Shown in pieces: positions 28,580-37,833 of a DNA stretch of 55,257 bases. Position 1 is the stretch's first letter, and each line of letters opens with the position of its first letter. Position numbers and translations under genes: made by a program. Source of the DNA: an uncultured Prevotellaceae bacterium (GTDB lineage: Bacteria > Bacteroidota > Bacteroidia > Bacteroidales > UBA3663); contig CAZGZL010000002.1 of the NCBI GenBank assembly GCA_964530595.1, positions 1 through 55,257 on the forward strand, written 5' to 3'. Under the pieces are notes generated by a model. That model was given only the letters and a program-made list of their open reading frames with translations. It ran no database searches and was not told the DNA's origin.

Positions 28580-29488
28580 ATGAAGTTCTTAATGCTTGGG
28601 CTTTGCAGTCTCATGTTGGCAACGTTGCCGCTGCAAGCCCAGAAGATGGATGTCGCCGTTTCGGTGGGTACCGACGGCGTGGGCGTTGACTTAGGTACAC
28701 ACATCGGTTCGTGGGTCGGGATTCGCACGGGTCTCTCCTACGTCCCCAAGTTTGAGTACAAGATGTCTTTCGGCGTACAGTTGGACGATGGTGATGGGAG
28801 CAGCTCGGAAGATCCGAACTCTCGCTTCAATAAATTAGCCTCCAAACTGCACGATATGACGGGCATCGTCGTCGACGATCATGTCGATATGGTGGGACGT
28901 CCGAGCTTTGCGAGCTTCAAATTCTTGGTGGATATTTATCCCTTCGTCAATGATCGTCGTTGGTTCGTGACCGCCGGATTCTATGTAGGCTCATCGACCG
29001 TCGCCAAGGCGGTCAATGCCGACTACGAAATCTCGACGTTGATGGGCGTAGGCATTTATAACGGTATGTACGACAAGGCTGCTAACGACGAGCCGGTGAT
29101 TTCTGTCGGCAACTTGGATCTCTATATGCCGCAGTTTCTGGAATACGGACGCATGGGGGTCAACGTCGGAACTTATGCCGACGGCAGCAATTACTTCATG
29201 GAGCCCGATCAGAACAGCCTCGTCTCAGCCCGCGTCAAGGTCAACCGTCTCAAACCTTATTTGGGCGTCGGCTTCGGAGATTGGTTCACCAAAGCCAAAA
29301 AATGCCACTATTCCGTCGATTGCGGCGCAATGTTTTGGGGTGGAACCCCGGCGATCGTTACACACGACGGCACAGACTTGGCTAAGCTCTCCTCTGTCCG
29401 CGGACGCCCCGGCGATTATGTGGATGTCATCAAGAAGTTCAAGGTTTATCCGGTCGTGACGTTTCGCGTCTCCTGCCCGGTGCTTTGA
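28580..29488 (+). CDS. Predicted outer-membrane protein (beta-rich, signal peptide), function unknown
   Basis: Signal peptide LATLPLQAQ and amphipathic beta-strand pattern (VAVSVGTDGVGVDLGTHIGSWVGIRTGLSY). Starts 18 nt after the T9SS-cargo gene. No terminal aromatic residue, so the barrel call is tentative. Confidence 0.5.
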   Translation: MKFLMLGLCSLMLATLPLQAQKMDVAVSVGTDGVGVDLGTHIGSWVGIRTGLSYVPKFEYKMSFGVQLDDGDGSSSEDPNSRFNKLASKLHDMTGIVVDDHVDMVGRPSFASFKFLVDIYPFVNDRRWFVTAGFYVGSSTVAKAVNADYEISTLMGVGIYNGMYDKAANDEPVISVGNLDLYMPQFLEYGRMGVNVGTYADGSNYFMEPDQNSLVSARVKVNRLKPYLGVGFGDWFTKAKKCHYSVDCGAMFWGGTPAIVTHDGTDLAKLSSVRGRPGDYVDVIKKFKVYPVVTFRVSCPVL

Positions 29489-29528
29489 CGATCCACACCA
29501 ATGATGATAGGGGACTCCCCTAAAATAC

Positions 29529-29568
29529 CAAACGCCCACGGTAGCTATTATGCTATCGTGGGCGTTTG
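29529..29568. terminator. Hairpin between convergent genes (probable bidirectional terminator)
   Basis: 17-bp stem CAAACGCCCACGGTAGC / GCTATCGTGGGCGTTTG (one G-U pair) with loop TATTAT. Flanking U-tracts are weak. Confidence 0.55.
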
Positions 29569-29600
29569 GGTATAGTATTGTGGTTGGTGGCTTCACCGCC

Positions 29601-31175
29601 TCATCCCTCGTCGCTACTCGGCTGCAAGCCGGCAAAGGCGTCGCCCAAATGTCGGATCAGGTCGCTCGGAAGCCAGCTCTCCGGCGCTCCTTTCGTCAGG
29701 GCGAGGTCGGCGGCGTAAGAATGTAGGTAAACGCCTAAACGCGCTGCCTCGTCGGGGGTATAACGTGCCGCGAGGAGCCCCAAGATGATGCCTGTCAAGA
29801 CGTCACCACTGCCTCCCACCGCCATGCCTGCATGTCCGTGCTCCACATTGAGCCATACGGTTCCATCGGGCAGCGCGATAGCGGTGTAGGCGCCTTTCAG
29901 TACAATGATCACTTTAGCCTCTCGTGCCAACGCACGGACGCGACACAGCCGATCGTAAGAGGCGGTGTGCCGTGCCATCTCGTCCGGTGATGCCACCGTG
30001 CCGTGCAGCAGTCCGGCGGCGTATGCCGATTGCAATAGGCGGTCAGCCTCCTTGGGATGGGGCGTCAAGATCGTCTTGGGAGGCATCTTGCTCCACCATT
30101 CCGGGTGAGAGGCAAGCAGATTCAATGCGTCGGCATCCCAGACCATCGGACGACGAGCACGCTCCAACAGCAGTTGCAATAGCTCCGCCGTCTCGTTGTG
30201 ACGCCCCAAACCGCAGCCTACGCCGATCGCTTCGTGCCCTTCGGGGAGCAAGAAGCGTTTGACGTGTTCCGAGCCGACGGTGGTGCATTTGGCTTCAGGT
30301 ATGCCGAGCTGCATCACTTCGTAGCCGCATTCCGGTGTATAGACCGTCAACAGTCCTACGCCGCTGCGCATACAGGCGCGTGCAGACAACAACGCGGCTC
30401 CCATCATTCCCCGGCTGCCGACGATGAGCGCCGCGTGGCCGAAGGTACCTTTGTGGGCGAAGCGGTCGCGTCCCTTGCGCAGGGCGGCGACATCTCCGTG
30501 CGTCAACAGTCGATAGGGTGAGGAGAGGGGCGTCGCATCAGCTACCAATCCGATGTCGACCACTTGCCATCGTCCCAAGAATTCGGCGCACTCCGGCAGG
30601 TAGCAACTCAGCTTGGGGTTGCTGATCACCAAGGTCGTCGTTGCGCGCACCACGGAGCTCGATTCCTCCGGGCGAAAACGATCGCCGGGCAATCCCGTCG
30701 GCATATCTATTGCGACCACTTGTGCCGAGCTCTGGTTGATCCATTGGACGAGGTAAGCGTAGCCTCCATCCAACGGACGGTTCAGCCCGCTGCCCAACAG
30801 CCCATCGACAATGACGTCCTCCTCGTGGAGCTCCGGCAGGGCGATCTGAGTGCTGATCTCTGTCAGCACACCGTCGGGCAAGGTTTGGCGCGCCTCGATG
30901 CAGTCGGCGGAGAGCTTCCCGGTGGGGCAGAAGAGGAAGCCCATCACCGGATACCCCTCTTCGTACAGTCGGCGCAAGATCACCAAGGCGTCGCCGCCGT
31001 TATTTCCGGCTCCGGCGAGCACCACAAAGCGGGTATGCCGATTAGGATAACGGCGAATGATTTCTGTCGTGGCGGCTCCGGCAGCCCGTTGCATAAGTTG
31101 AAAAGAGGTGATGCCCTGTGCGGCGCACGTGGCGGCGTCCAACGAACGGGTGTCTACGGTAATCGGGAGAATCAT
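29601..31175 (-). CDS. nnr: Bifunctional NAD(P)H-hydrate repair enzyme (epimerase / ADP-dependent dehydratase)
   Basis: YjeF_N motif GAGNNGGDALV and C-terminal carbohydrate-kinase motif GGSGDVLTGII. 524 aa fusion architecture. Confidence 0.9.
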   Translation of the reverse strand: MILPITVDTRSLDAATCAAQGITSFQLMQRAAGAATTEIIRRYPNRHTRFVVLAGAGNNGGDALVILRRLYEEGYPVMGFLFCPTGKLSADCIEARQTLPDGVLTEISTQIALPELHEEDVIVDGLLGSGLNRPLDGGYAYLVQWINQSSAQVVAIDMPTGLPGDRFRPEESSSVVRATTTLVISNPKLSCYLPECAEFLGRWQVVDIGLVADATPLSSPYRLLTHGDVAALRKGRDRFAHKGTFGHAALIVGSRGMMGAALLSARACMRSGVGLLTVYTPECGYEVMQLGIPEAKCTTVGSEHVKRFLLPEGHEAIGVGCGLGRHNETAELLQLLLERARRPMVWDADALNLLASHPEWWSKMPPKTILTPHPKEADRLLQSAYAAGLLHGTVASPDEMARHTASYDRLCRVRALAREAKVIIVLKGAYTAIALPDGTVWLNVEHGHAGMAVGGSGDVLTGIILGLLAARYTPDEAARLGVYLHSYAADLALTKGAPESWLPSDLIRHLGDAFAGLQPSSDEG

Positions 31176-31247
31176 AGTATTATAGGAGTTGAATAGGTGC
31201 CTGCCAACGGAGTGCAGGCACCCAAAGGGTTGTTTATGGGGTGTGCA

Positions 31248-32096
31248 TCAACAGGAACGAGTGAAGCGGACGCAGACCCAACGATTGCGGCTCGTAGCGT
31301 CGACAAACGTCAGTCCCAACGCTTCGGCGCAACTGCGGATGGCAGAGAGGTCTTCTTCGTAGAATCCGCTCATCAGTAGATCCCCACCGCCAGCCAAGTG
31401 CGCTACATAAGTGCTCATGTCGTGCAGCAGGATGTTGCGGTTGATGTTTGCCAAAATCAGATCGTATTTCTGTGCGGAGGTTTCGAGTAGGGTAGCGTCG
31501 CCGCAGAGGACATTGAGTGTGACGTCATTGAGCGCCGCGTGTTCGCGGGCGTTGTTGCAAGCCCAATCGTCGATGTCGATGGCGTCCACCTGCGCTGCGC
31601 CACGCATAGCGGCGAGGATGCCCAATACCCCGGTGCCGCATCCCATGTCCAAAACCGCTTTACCGCTCTGATCGAGCGCCAAGATGCGGGTGAGCATCTG
31701 TGCCGTCGTCTCGTGGTGTCCGCTGCCGAAAGACATCTTCGGTGTCAGGCGAATATCGTATCGGCACGCCGGAATGTCGGTGGCTCCGGGCGCGTGGATC
31801 ACACACTGATCTTCGATCACTATGGGCTGAAAAGCCTCTTGTTCCCACGTCGCATTCCAGTCTTGTGCCTCGATCTCACGAGCGGTGTAACTACAAGTTA
31901 CGCCGGGCAACGGAAGCTCTGCAAACATTGCTCGCACTGCCTCCTCGTCATAGAGCGACGTCGGACAGTATGCCAAAAGGGTGGATTCGTGTTGTTCGAA
32001 ACTGTCAAAGCCGATAGGTGCTAAAAGCGCGGCTAACACATCGGCGATCTCTTCGCTGTAGGGTTGGGGGGCTATCGTCAGCTCAATATAGTTCAT
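31248..32096 (-). CDS. prmA: Ribosomal protein L11 methyltransferase
   Basis: SAM-binding motif VLDMGCGTGVLGILAAMRGA..DAIDID, plus a length and N-terminal domain typical of PrmA. Confidence 0.88.
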   Translation of the reverse strand: MNYIELTIAPQPYSEEIADVLAALLAPIGFDSFEQHESTLLAYCPTSLYDEEAVRAMFAELPLPGVTCSYTAREIEAQDWNATWEQEAFQPIVIEDQCVIHAPGATDIPACRYDIRLTPKMSFGSGHHETTAQMLTRILALDQSGKAVLDMGCGTGVLGILAAMRGAAQVDAIDIDDWACNNAREHAALNDVTLNVLCGDATLLETSAQKYDLILANINRNILLHDMSTYVAHLAGGGDLLMSGFYEEDLSAIRSCAEALGLTFVDATSRNRWVCVRFTRSC

Positions 32097-32214
32097 GCAG
32101 AGAAATGTGATTTATTAGTGGTTGAAATGATCCGAAAAAAGGGGCTGAAACCACCTTTTTAGCTTAAAAAGTTAAAAAATAAGAGCCCCGTAGGATAGAT
32201 AATGAATAAATTTA

Positions 32215-32222
32215 TACCTTTG
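32215..32222 (+). promoter_or_regulatory. Bacteroidetes -7 promoter element (TACCTTTG)
   Basis: Exact TAnnTTTG match 93 nt upstream of the ATG at 32315. Confidence 0.5.
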
Positions 32223-32314
32223 CGAAACCAGAGGTCTATCATCACTCCTTGGGGATGAATCCTTATCTCCATGGCAAAGAAACAGAAAAATTTCAAAACT
32301 CAAATGATTTGCCT

Positions 32315-33619
32315 ATGAAAAAATTAGTGATCACGGCGATGCTTACTTCATTCGCCATCTTAGCACCGCAAGTCAAGGCTCAGAGCGAAAACGACGGATT
32401 CTATTATAGCAAAGCTAAAGAAAAGAAGGCTGTGTATCAAAACACCGAGACGTGGGAGACACAAGCCAACAATGATTGGGATGTCGATGCGTATAACCGT
32501 CGCTCCTCGTCTGACGACGCCTCTTTTCGTATCGAATGGCCCGAATCAACGCAAAATACAGAGGTCAACACGACTGTACACGACACGGTGTACGTGGTGG
32601 AGCAGTATTACTTCAGCGATCGTATTCGCCGATTCCACAATCCGCTATTTTCGATCCATCTGAATAATCCGTTCTTCGACGTGGCATTCTACGATCCTTT
32701 TTACTGGGACTATTGTTACGATGATCCGTGGTGGTATGTGACGCCGAGTTTCGGCTTCCATTACGGCTCTTGGTACTTGGGTTGGAACCCCGGATATTAC
32801 AGCGGATGGTACGGCGGTTGGTATGCTCCCTACTATCATCCCATGCCGCACTTCCACCAGCCGTTGATGGCACACCACGGGCCGGCGTTGCCCAATCGCG
32901 GCGCGCGGGTCAATAATATGGGTGGACATTATCGCCCCTCGTTGGTTGGTAATCGCCCCTCTAACGGTGGACGTATGCAGCAAGGCGGTCGTCCCGGCGG
33001 GGCACAAGCTATGCCGAGCGCCGCGAGACAGCCACAGATGAATGGCGGTCGAGCTACCGCTCAGCCCTCGATCTCTGCCTCAACCTTGCGACAGAACAGC
33101 AATTTCCGCGGACAAGGCAACACTTCGTCGCGCACCCAAAACGCAACTGCTACCCGCCCCGGACAGTCCTCTAACCGTGTGAGCCAAAGTCCTACACGCA
33201 TCTCAGGCAACGGCAACACCCGCGGCACGACGTCGGTGAATACCAACAACAGCGCTACGCGCGTCGGCACCTCTCGCGTCAGCCAAGACAACAGTAGCGC
33301 CCGCCGCACCGACAACGGCGTTCGCCAGAGCGCTACTGGTCGCACCACGTTGCGGAGCAATTCGAGCACCTCGTCGCAGACATCATCTCCCAACGTGGGG
33401 TCAAACAATGTCTCTCGCTCGTCGCAAAATGCCGCGTCCAATGGTTCGGCGACACGTAGTAATAGCTCCGCGACCCGTAGCAACAATGCTACGACCCGCA
33501 GCAGCTCTTCCTACTCGTCGGGCAGCAGCACTCGTAGCAGTTCACCTTCTTTCTCCGGTGGCGGCGCTACTCGTAGCTCCGGTGGTGGTGGCGGTCGCAG
33601 CGGCGGAGGGCGTCGTTGA
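32315..33619 (+). CDS. Secreted protein with an aromatic-rich (W/Y/F) segment and a long Ser/Thr/Asn/Arg/Gly-rich disordered tail
   Basis: Signal peptide MKKLVITAMLTSFAILAPQVKAQ. The 62-aa stretch FFDVAFYDPFYWDY...WYGGWYAPYYHPMPHFH has about 27 aromatic residues. About 250 aa of low-complexity (S/T)xxR-type repeats end in GGGGGRSGGGRR. Start set at the ATG at 32315. Confidence 0.7.
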   Translation: MKKLVITAMLTSFAILAPQVKAQSENDGFYYSKAKEKKAVYQNTETWETQANNDWDVDAYNRRSSSDDASFRIEWPESTQNTEVNTTVHDTVYVVEQYYFSDRIRRFHNPLFSIHLNNPFFDVAFYDPFYWDYCYDDPWWYVTPSFGFHYGSWYLGWNPGYYSGWYGGWYAPYYHPMPHFHQPLMAHHGPALPNRGARVNNMGGHYRPSLVGNRPSNGGRMQQGGRPGGAQAMPSAARQPQMNGGRATAQPSISASTLRQNSNFRGQGNTSSRTQNATATRPGQSSNRVSQSPTRISGNGNTRGTTSVNTNNSATRVGTSRVSQDNSSARRTDNGVRQSATGRTTLRSNSSTSSQTSSPNVGSNNVSRSSQNAASNGSATRSNSSATRSNNATTRSSSSYSSGSSTRSSSPSFSGGGATRSSGGGGGRSGGGRR

Positions 33620-33693
33620 TCTCTCGGCGCTTCGGTGATTTTTTAGCGAAAAGGTACACATATATTAGATATTGTAGATTAAAAACATTGATC

Positions 33694-35355
33694 ATGTCTT
33701 CTCGTCATATACTCTTGCCCGCCGTCCTGTCCTTAGGTGTGGGTGTCGTGAACGCACAAAATCTGGTGGATGCCACGCGCTTTAGCTCGTCAGATCTGAA
33801 CGGCACAGCCTACTACAACAGCATGGCAGGCGCATTCGGCGCTTTGGGCGGTGATCCCTCCAGTATGGTCAACAATCCTGCCGGTACTGCCGTCTATCGC
33901 AATGTGTCGGAGATTTCGGTGACGACCAACTTTGCCACTGCTCGTACCAAGACTACGGGCGATTTCACGAGTCGGAAGCGCCAGCGTGACTTCTCGATCG
34001 GAAATCTCTCCTATATACTCTCTGTCGGCACCGAACAGTATGAGCACTTGGTAAACTTCACCTTGGGGTTGGGATTTAATCACACGGAAGGCGTCAAACG
34101 CCGCTACGCCGTCGGATTCAACAATCAGACACCAAGTTCCTCTTTCGGCAACTATGTCTCCAATTTGGCGAACCAAGGGCTGATACAAGCCGGAAAATTT
34201 GATACTCCCGCCTACTTAGGCACTTCGGCGGCGTGGAACAATGCTTCGATGCCGCTCTTGGGCTTGATGGGGTATAGCACCTACGCCATTGACAACTGCA
34301 CGGATGCTTTAGGCAACACTACGGGAGGCGTCCGCGCATACGATGATGCGGCAGATTGCAACAGCTACGCAGATCTCTTTGTGCGAGAAGAAAACCGCAT
34401 GGATGAATTTAATCTCAACATTGCCGGTAACTGGGACGACTTTGTTTATGCAGGATTCACCCTCAGTATTGTCGATTATAACTCCGTGATCAATTCCGAA
34501 TTTAGTGAATATTACGACGATCAATACGGTAGCTACACTTATTACGACAACGACTTGGAAACCAAAGGCACGGGTTTCAATCTCAAGTTAGGCGCCATCA
34601 TCAAGCCGACGGATAGTTGGCGTTTAGGGTTAGCGATCCACACACCGACATGGTACGACATGACCGATATTTACAACGGATGGATGTCTACTAACGCGCA
34701 GGAGAGCGATTACAATCCCGGAACAGCGGTGAGCGCTGGTGATCCCGCTTATGAATACGATTACCGCTTCAGCACGCCGTGGAAGTATCAGTTCAGTACG
34801 GCATACGTGTTTGGTACGCGCGGCGTCCTTAGCTTCGAGTATGACATGGACGACTATCGTTCCATGCGCTATTACGAAGCCTCCAACAGCTACGGCGAGG
34901 ACTTTAGCATTCAGAAGCAGCTGATCAAGGATTATATGACGGAAATGCACACTTTCCGTATCGGTGGCGAGTTCCGTGCGACGCCTAAGTTTAGCGTACG
35001 CGCCGGCTACGCGCACCGCACATCGCCCTACAAGGACGCGGTATTCAATCAAGAATACAAGTACGATGACGATCCGTCGTACATTTACGGCTCCAGCACC
35101 AAGCCCAACTACAGCTTGCAGGGTCGCACAGATTATCTCTGCGCCGGATTTGGTTGGCGAGGTTCCGTCAGCTACCTCAACTTCTCGTGTGTGCACAAGG
35201 CGCAACACGAACGTGTCGCCGCCTTCCCGGTCATTTATGACGCCACCTATACCGACGACATCGGCGATATCTACGTGCCCGGAGCAACCAATCGGCACAT
35301 GCCCCTCACAACCAGAACTCTGAACTTCGACTTGACGCTCGGCTTCAGATTCTGA
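33694..35355 (+). CDS. FadL/OmpP1-like outer-membrane beta-barrel protein
   Basis: Signal peptide ending VVNAQ. N-terminal motif GTAYYNSMAGAFGALGGDPSSMVNNPAG. Beta-strand pattern with C-terminal LTLGFRF aromatic signature. Start set at the ATG at 33694. Confidence 0.6.
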   Translation: MSSRHILLPAVLSLGVGVVNAQNLVDATRFSSSDLNGTAYYNSMAGAFGALGGDPSSMVNNPAGTAVYRNVSEISVTTNFATARTKTTGDFTSRKRQRDFSIGNLSYILSVGTEQYEHLVNFTLGLGFNHTEGVKRRYAVGFNNQTPSSSFGNYVSNLANQGLIQAGKFDTPAYLGTSAAWNNASMPLLGLMGYSTYAIDNCTDALGNTTGGVRAYDDAADCNSYADLFVREENRMDEFNLNIAGNWDDFVYAGFTLSIVDYNSVINSEFSEYYDDQYGSYTYYDNDLETKGTGFNLKLGAIIKPTDSWRLGLAIHTPTWYDMTDIYNGWMSTNAQESDYNPGTAVSAGDPAYEYDYRFSTPWKYQFSTAYVFGTRGVLSFEYDMDDYRSMRYYEASNSYGEDFSIQKQLIKDYMTEMHTFRIGGEFRATPKFSVRAGYAHRTSPYKDAVFNQEYKYDDDPSYIYGSSTKPNYSLQGRTDYLCAGFGWRGSVSYLNFSCVHKAQHERVAAFPVIYDATYTDDIGDIYVPGATNRHMPLTTRTLNFDLTLGFRF

Positions 35356-35374
35356 TTTCTAAACCCTATCCCCT

Positions 35375-37696
35375 TTGGAAAATTATCTCGAATCGCTCAA
35401 CGAAAGCCAACGTGAGGCCGTCACTTATTGTGACGGTCCTCAGTTGGTTATAGCCGGTGCCGGGTCGGGTAAGACCCGTGTTCTCACCACCAAAATAGCT
35501 TATCTCTTACAATCAGGCTACCAGCCGGACGAAATCATCGCGTTGACCTTCACCAAGAAGGCTGCTAACGAGATGAAGGAGCGTATCACACAACTTGTCG
35601 GTCCCGGTTACGCCCGTCGTCTATGGATGGGAACTTTTCACTCCCTTTTCTCGCGCATCTTGCGTCGCGAGGCGGAAAAGATTGATTTCAAGCCCGACTT
35701 CACGATCTACGACCAAAGCGACTCGCGCAACTTAGTGAAGAGCATCATCAAGGAAATGGGCTTGGACGAGAAGAAATACAAGCCCGCTGCCATTCAGGGG
35801 CAAATCAGCACTGCCAAAAACAACCTGGTCACCCCCGGAATGTATGCCGGATGTCGCGAGTGGATCGAATTTGACAATCGGGCGGGGCGCGGTAGCTTTG
35901 CGGAGATCTACCAACGCTATTGGGTGCGTTGTTATCAAGCCAAGGCGATGGACTTTGACGATCTGTTGCTCTACACCAACATCTTGTTTCGCGATCATCC
36001 CGAAGTCTTGGAGTTCTATCAAGACTACTTCAAATACATTTTGGTGGATGAGTATCAAGATACCAACCGCGCGCAGCACCTCATCGTGGAGCAACTCTCG
36101 CGACGCCATCGCCACCTCTGCGTAGTCGGTGATGATGCCCAGAGCATCTACTCGTTCCGTGGGGCGAACATTGCCAACATCATCAACCTGCGCCAGACCA
36201 TTCCGGGCACGCGCCTCTTCAAACTCGAACAGAATTATCGTTCAACACAGAACATTGTCGACGCCGCCAACAGTTTGATTCGCAAAAACACAGAGCAGAT
36301 CCCCAAAACCATCTATAGCTGCAAAGATCGAGGCTCATTGATCTCCGTTAACGGTTCGTTCAGTGATCTTGAAGAGGCATACTCGGTGGCGGGACGTATT
36401 GCTACGTTACATAATGAATATGGTTACGCCTACAAGGATTGTGCGATACTCTACCGCACAAATGCCCAAAGCCGCGCGATGGAGGAGGCTCTGCGCAAAC
36501 GTGGCATCGCCTATCACATTTATGGCGGTGTCTCGTTCTATCAGCGCAAAGAAATCAAAGACATCATAGCCTACTTGCGCCTGATCGCCAACCCTGCGGA
36601 TGAGGAGGCTTTCAAGCGCGTCATTAACTATCCCACGCGCGGAATTGGCAACACTACCTTAGCCAAGATTTCAGAGGCGGTAGCTACTCAGGAACGCCCG
36701 TTCTTCGAGATATGCAGTCACCCGGAGCAATACGCCTTAGGGGTCAATAAGTCCACCGCCGCCAAGCTCACCGCCTTTGCCGCCTTCATCGAGAGCTACA
36801 GCCGCCTGAATACGGAATTAAATGTGTATGATCTCACCATCCGACTTGTGGTAGATGCCGGCATTAAGGCTGATTTGGCCGGCGACACAACTGTCGAGGG
36901 TATGAGTCGCCGCGAAAATGTAGAGGAGTTGCTCTCTGCAATGCAGGCGTATGTGCGTGACAGCATTGAGGAGGGGCGCGAAGAGGAGGCACACCTCACC
37001 GGGTTCCTCGCCGACGTCTCCCTTTCGGGCGATGTCGAGCCGGATAATGACGAGGCAACGACCGAAGACTCTGTAACCCTCATGACCATCCACTCCGCTA
37101 AGGGCTTGGAATTCAAGAATGTCTTTGTCGTCGGTGTGGAGGAGAATCTCTTGCCTTCCGATATGTCGTTCAACGAGCCGCGAGGGGTGGAGGAGGAGCG
37201 CCGCCTGTTCTACGTCGCCATTACGCGCGCCGAAGAGAATTGCTTCTTGAGCTACGCCACCAGTCGCTTCCGCAACGGGCACAGCGACAGCTGTCGCCCC
37301 AGTCGCTTCCTGACCGACATAGATCAGCGATACTTGCGGCGTAGTGATGCCATCCCGCGTCCCGTACAGAACTATGGCAGTACGGGAGGAGGTTCCTTCA
37401 TTTATGAACGTCCGGAACCGGTGGCGGCAAAGCCTGCAGCGCCTCGTTCCTCGGTATTGAACTTCACCGGACGTGTCCATAAGATGACCACACCGAAACC
37501 CGCTGCCGGAACGGGTGGCATTACCTATCGCGGTCAGCTACTCACGACCGGAATGCGTATTGTACATGAGCGCTTCGGGCGTGGCGTCATTCGCGAGCTG
37601 TACGGCGAGGGCGACGATGCGCGCATAATGGTCGACTTTGATACAGTAGATAGTAAAGTGCTCTTGCTTAAATTTGCTAAGATTCGGATAGAGTAA
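35375..37696 (+). CDS. uvrD: ATP-dependent DNA helicase, UvrD/PcrA/Rep family
   Basis: LNESQREAV, AGAGSGKTRVLT (Walker A), VDEYQDTN, QNYRST, TIHSAKGLEF, YVAITRA. TTG start in the track. Confidence 0.92.
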   Translation: MENYLESLNESQREAVTYCDGPQLVIAGAGSGKTRVLTTKIAYLLQSGYQPDEIIALTFTKKAANEMKERITQLVGPGYARRLWMGTFHSLFSRILRREAEKIDFKPDFTIYDQSDSRNLVKSIIKEMGLDEKKYKPAAIQGQISTAKNNLVTPGMYAGCREWIEFDNRAGRGSFAEIYQRYWVRCYQAKAMDFDDLLLYTNILFRDHPEVLEFYQDYFKYILVDEYQDTNRAQHLIVEQLSRRHRHLCVVGDDAQSIYSFRGANIANIINLRQTIPGTRLFKLEQNYRSTQNIVDAANSLIRKNTEQIPKTIYSCKDRGSLISVNGSFSDLEEAYSVAGRIATLHNEYGYAYKDCAILYRTNAQSRAMEEALRKRGIAYHIYGGVSFYQRKEIKDIIAYLRLIANPADEEAFKRVINYPTRGIGNTTLAKISEAVATQERPFFEICSHPEQYALGVNKSTAAKLTAFAAFIESYSRLNTELNVYDLTIRLVVDAGIKADLAGDTTVEGMSRRENVEELLSAMQAYVRDSIEEGREEEAHLTGFLADVSLSGDVEPDNDEATTEDSVTLMTIHSAKGLEFKNVFVVGVEENLLPSDMSFNEPRGVEEERRLFYVAITRAEENCFLSYATSRFRNGHSDSCRPSRFLTDIDQRYLRRSDAIPRPVQNYGSTGGGSFIYERPEPVAAKPAAPRSSVLNFTGRVHKMTTPKPAAGTGGITYRGQLLTTGMRIVHERFGRGVIRELYGEGDDARIMVDFDTVDSKVLLLKFAKIRIE

Positions 37697-37697
37697 T

Positions 37698-37762
37698 GAT
37701 CCGATCTCAACAAAAAGATCTCAGGTGGTATGCCTGAGATCTTTTTTTGTTGGGATCGGATC
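37698..37762. terminator. Long near-perfect palindrome; bidirectional terminator between uvrD and the thioredoxin-like gene
   Basis: GATCCGATCTCAACAAAAAGATCTCAGG - TGGTATG - CCTGAGATCTTTTTTTGTTGGGATCGGATC. The inner 10-bp stem is flanked by A5/T7 runs on both sides. Confidence 0.85.
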
Positions 37763-37833
37763 TTCGAAAATGCTTTTAAGGTTTCGATTCAGAAGTATTG
37801 GGGCAAAAAAGACTTTTTTTCTAAAAACAACGC

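Noticed and set aside
32141-32148. GGGGCTGA, resembling the 5' end of tmRNA
   Set aside because: There is no downstream tag-ORF, pseudoknot or tRNA-like 3' end (…CTCCACCA). It is just part of a weak A/T-flanked hairpin upstream of prmA.
34630-35298. 222-aa ORF antisense to the FadL-like barrel gene. Similar antisense ORFs occur at 36818..37480 (uvrD), 30564..31196 (nnr), 40103..40744 (oadB), 12405..13199 (hmuR) and 23915..24499 (lipoprotein).
   Set aside because: All are opposite-strand shadows of well-supported genes.
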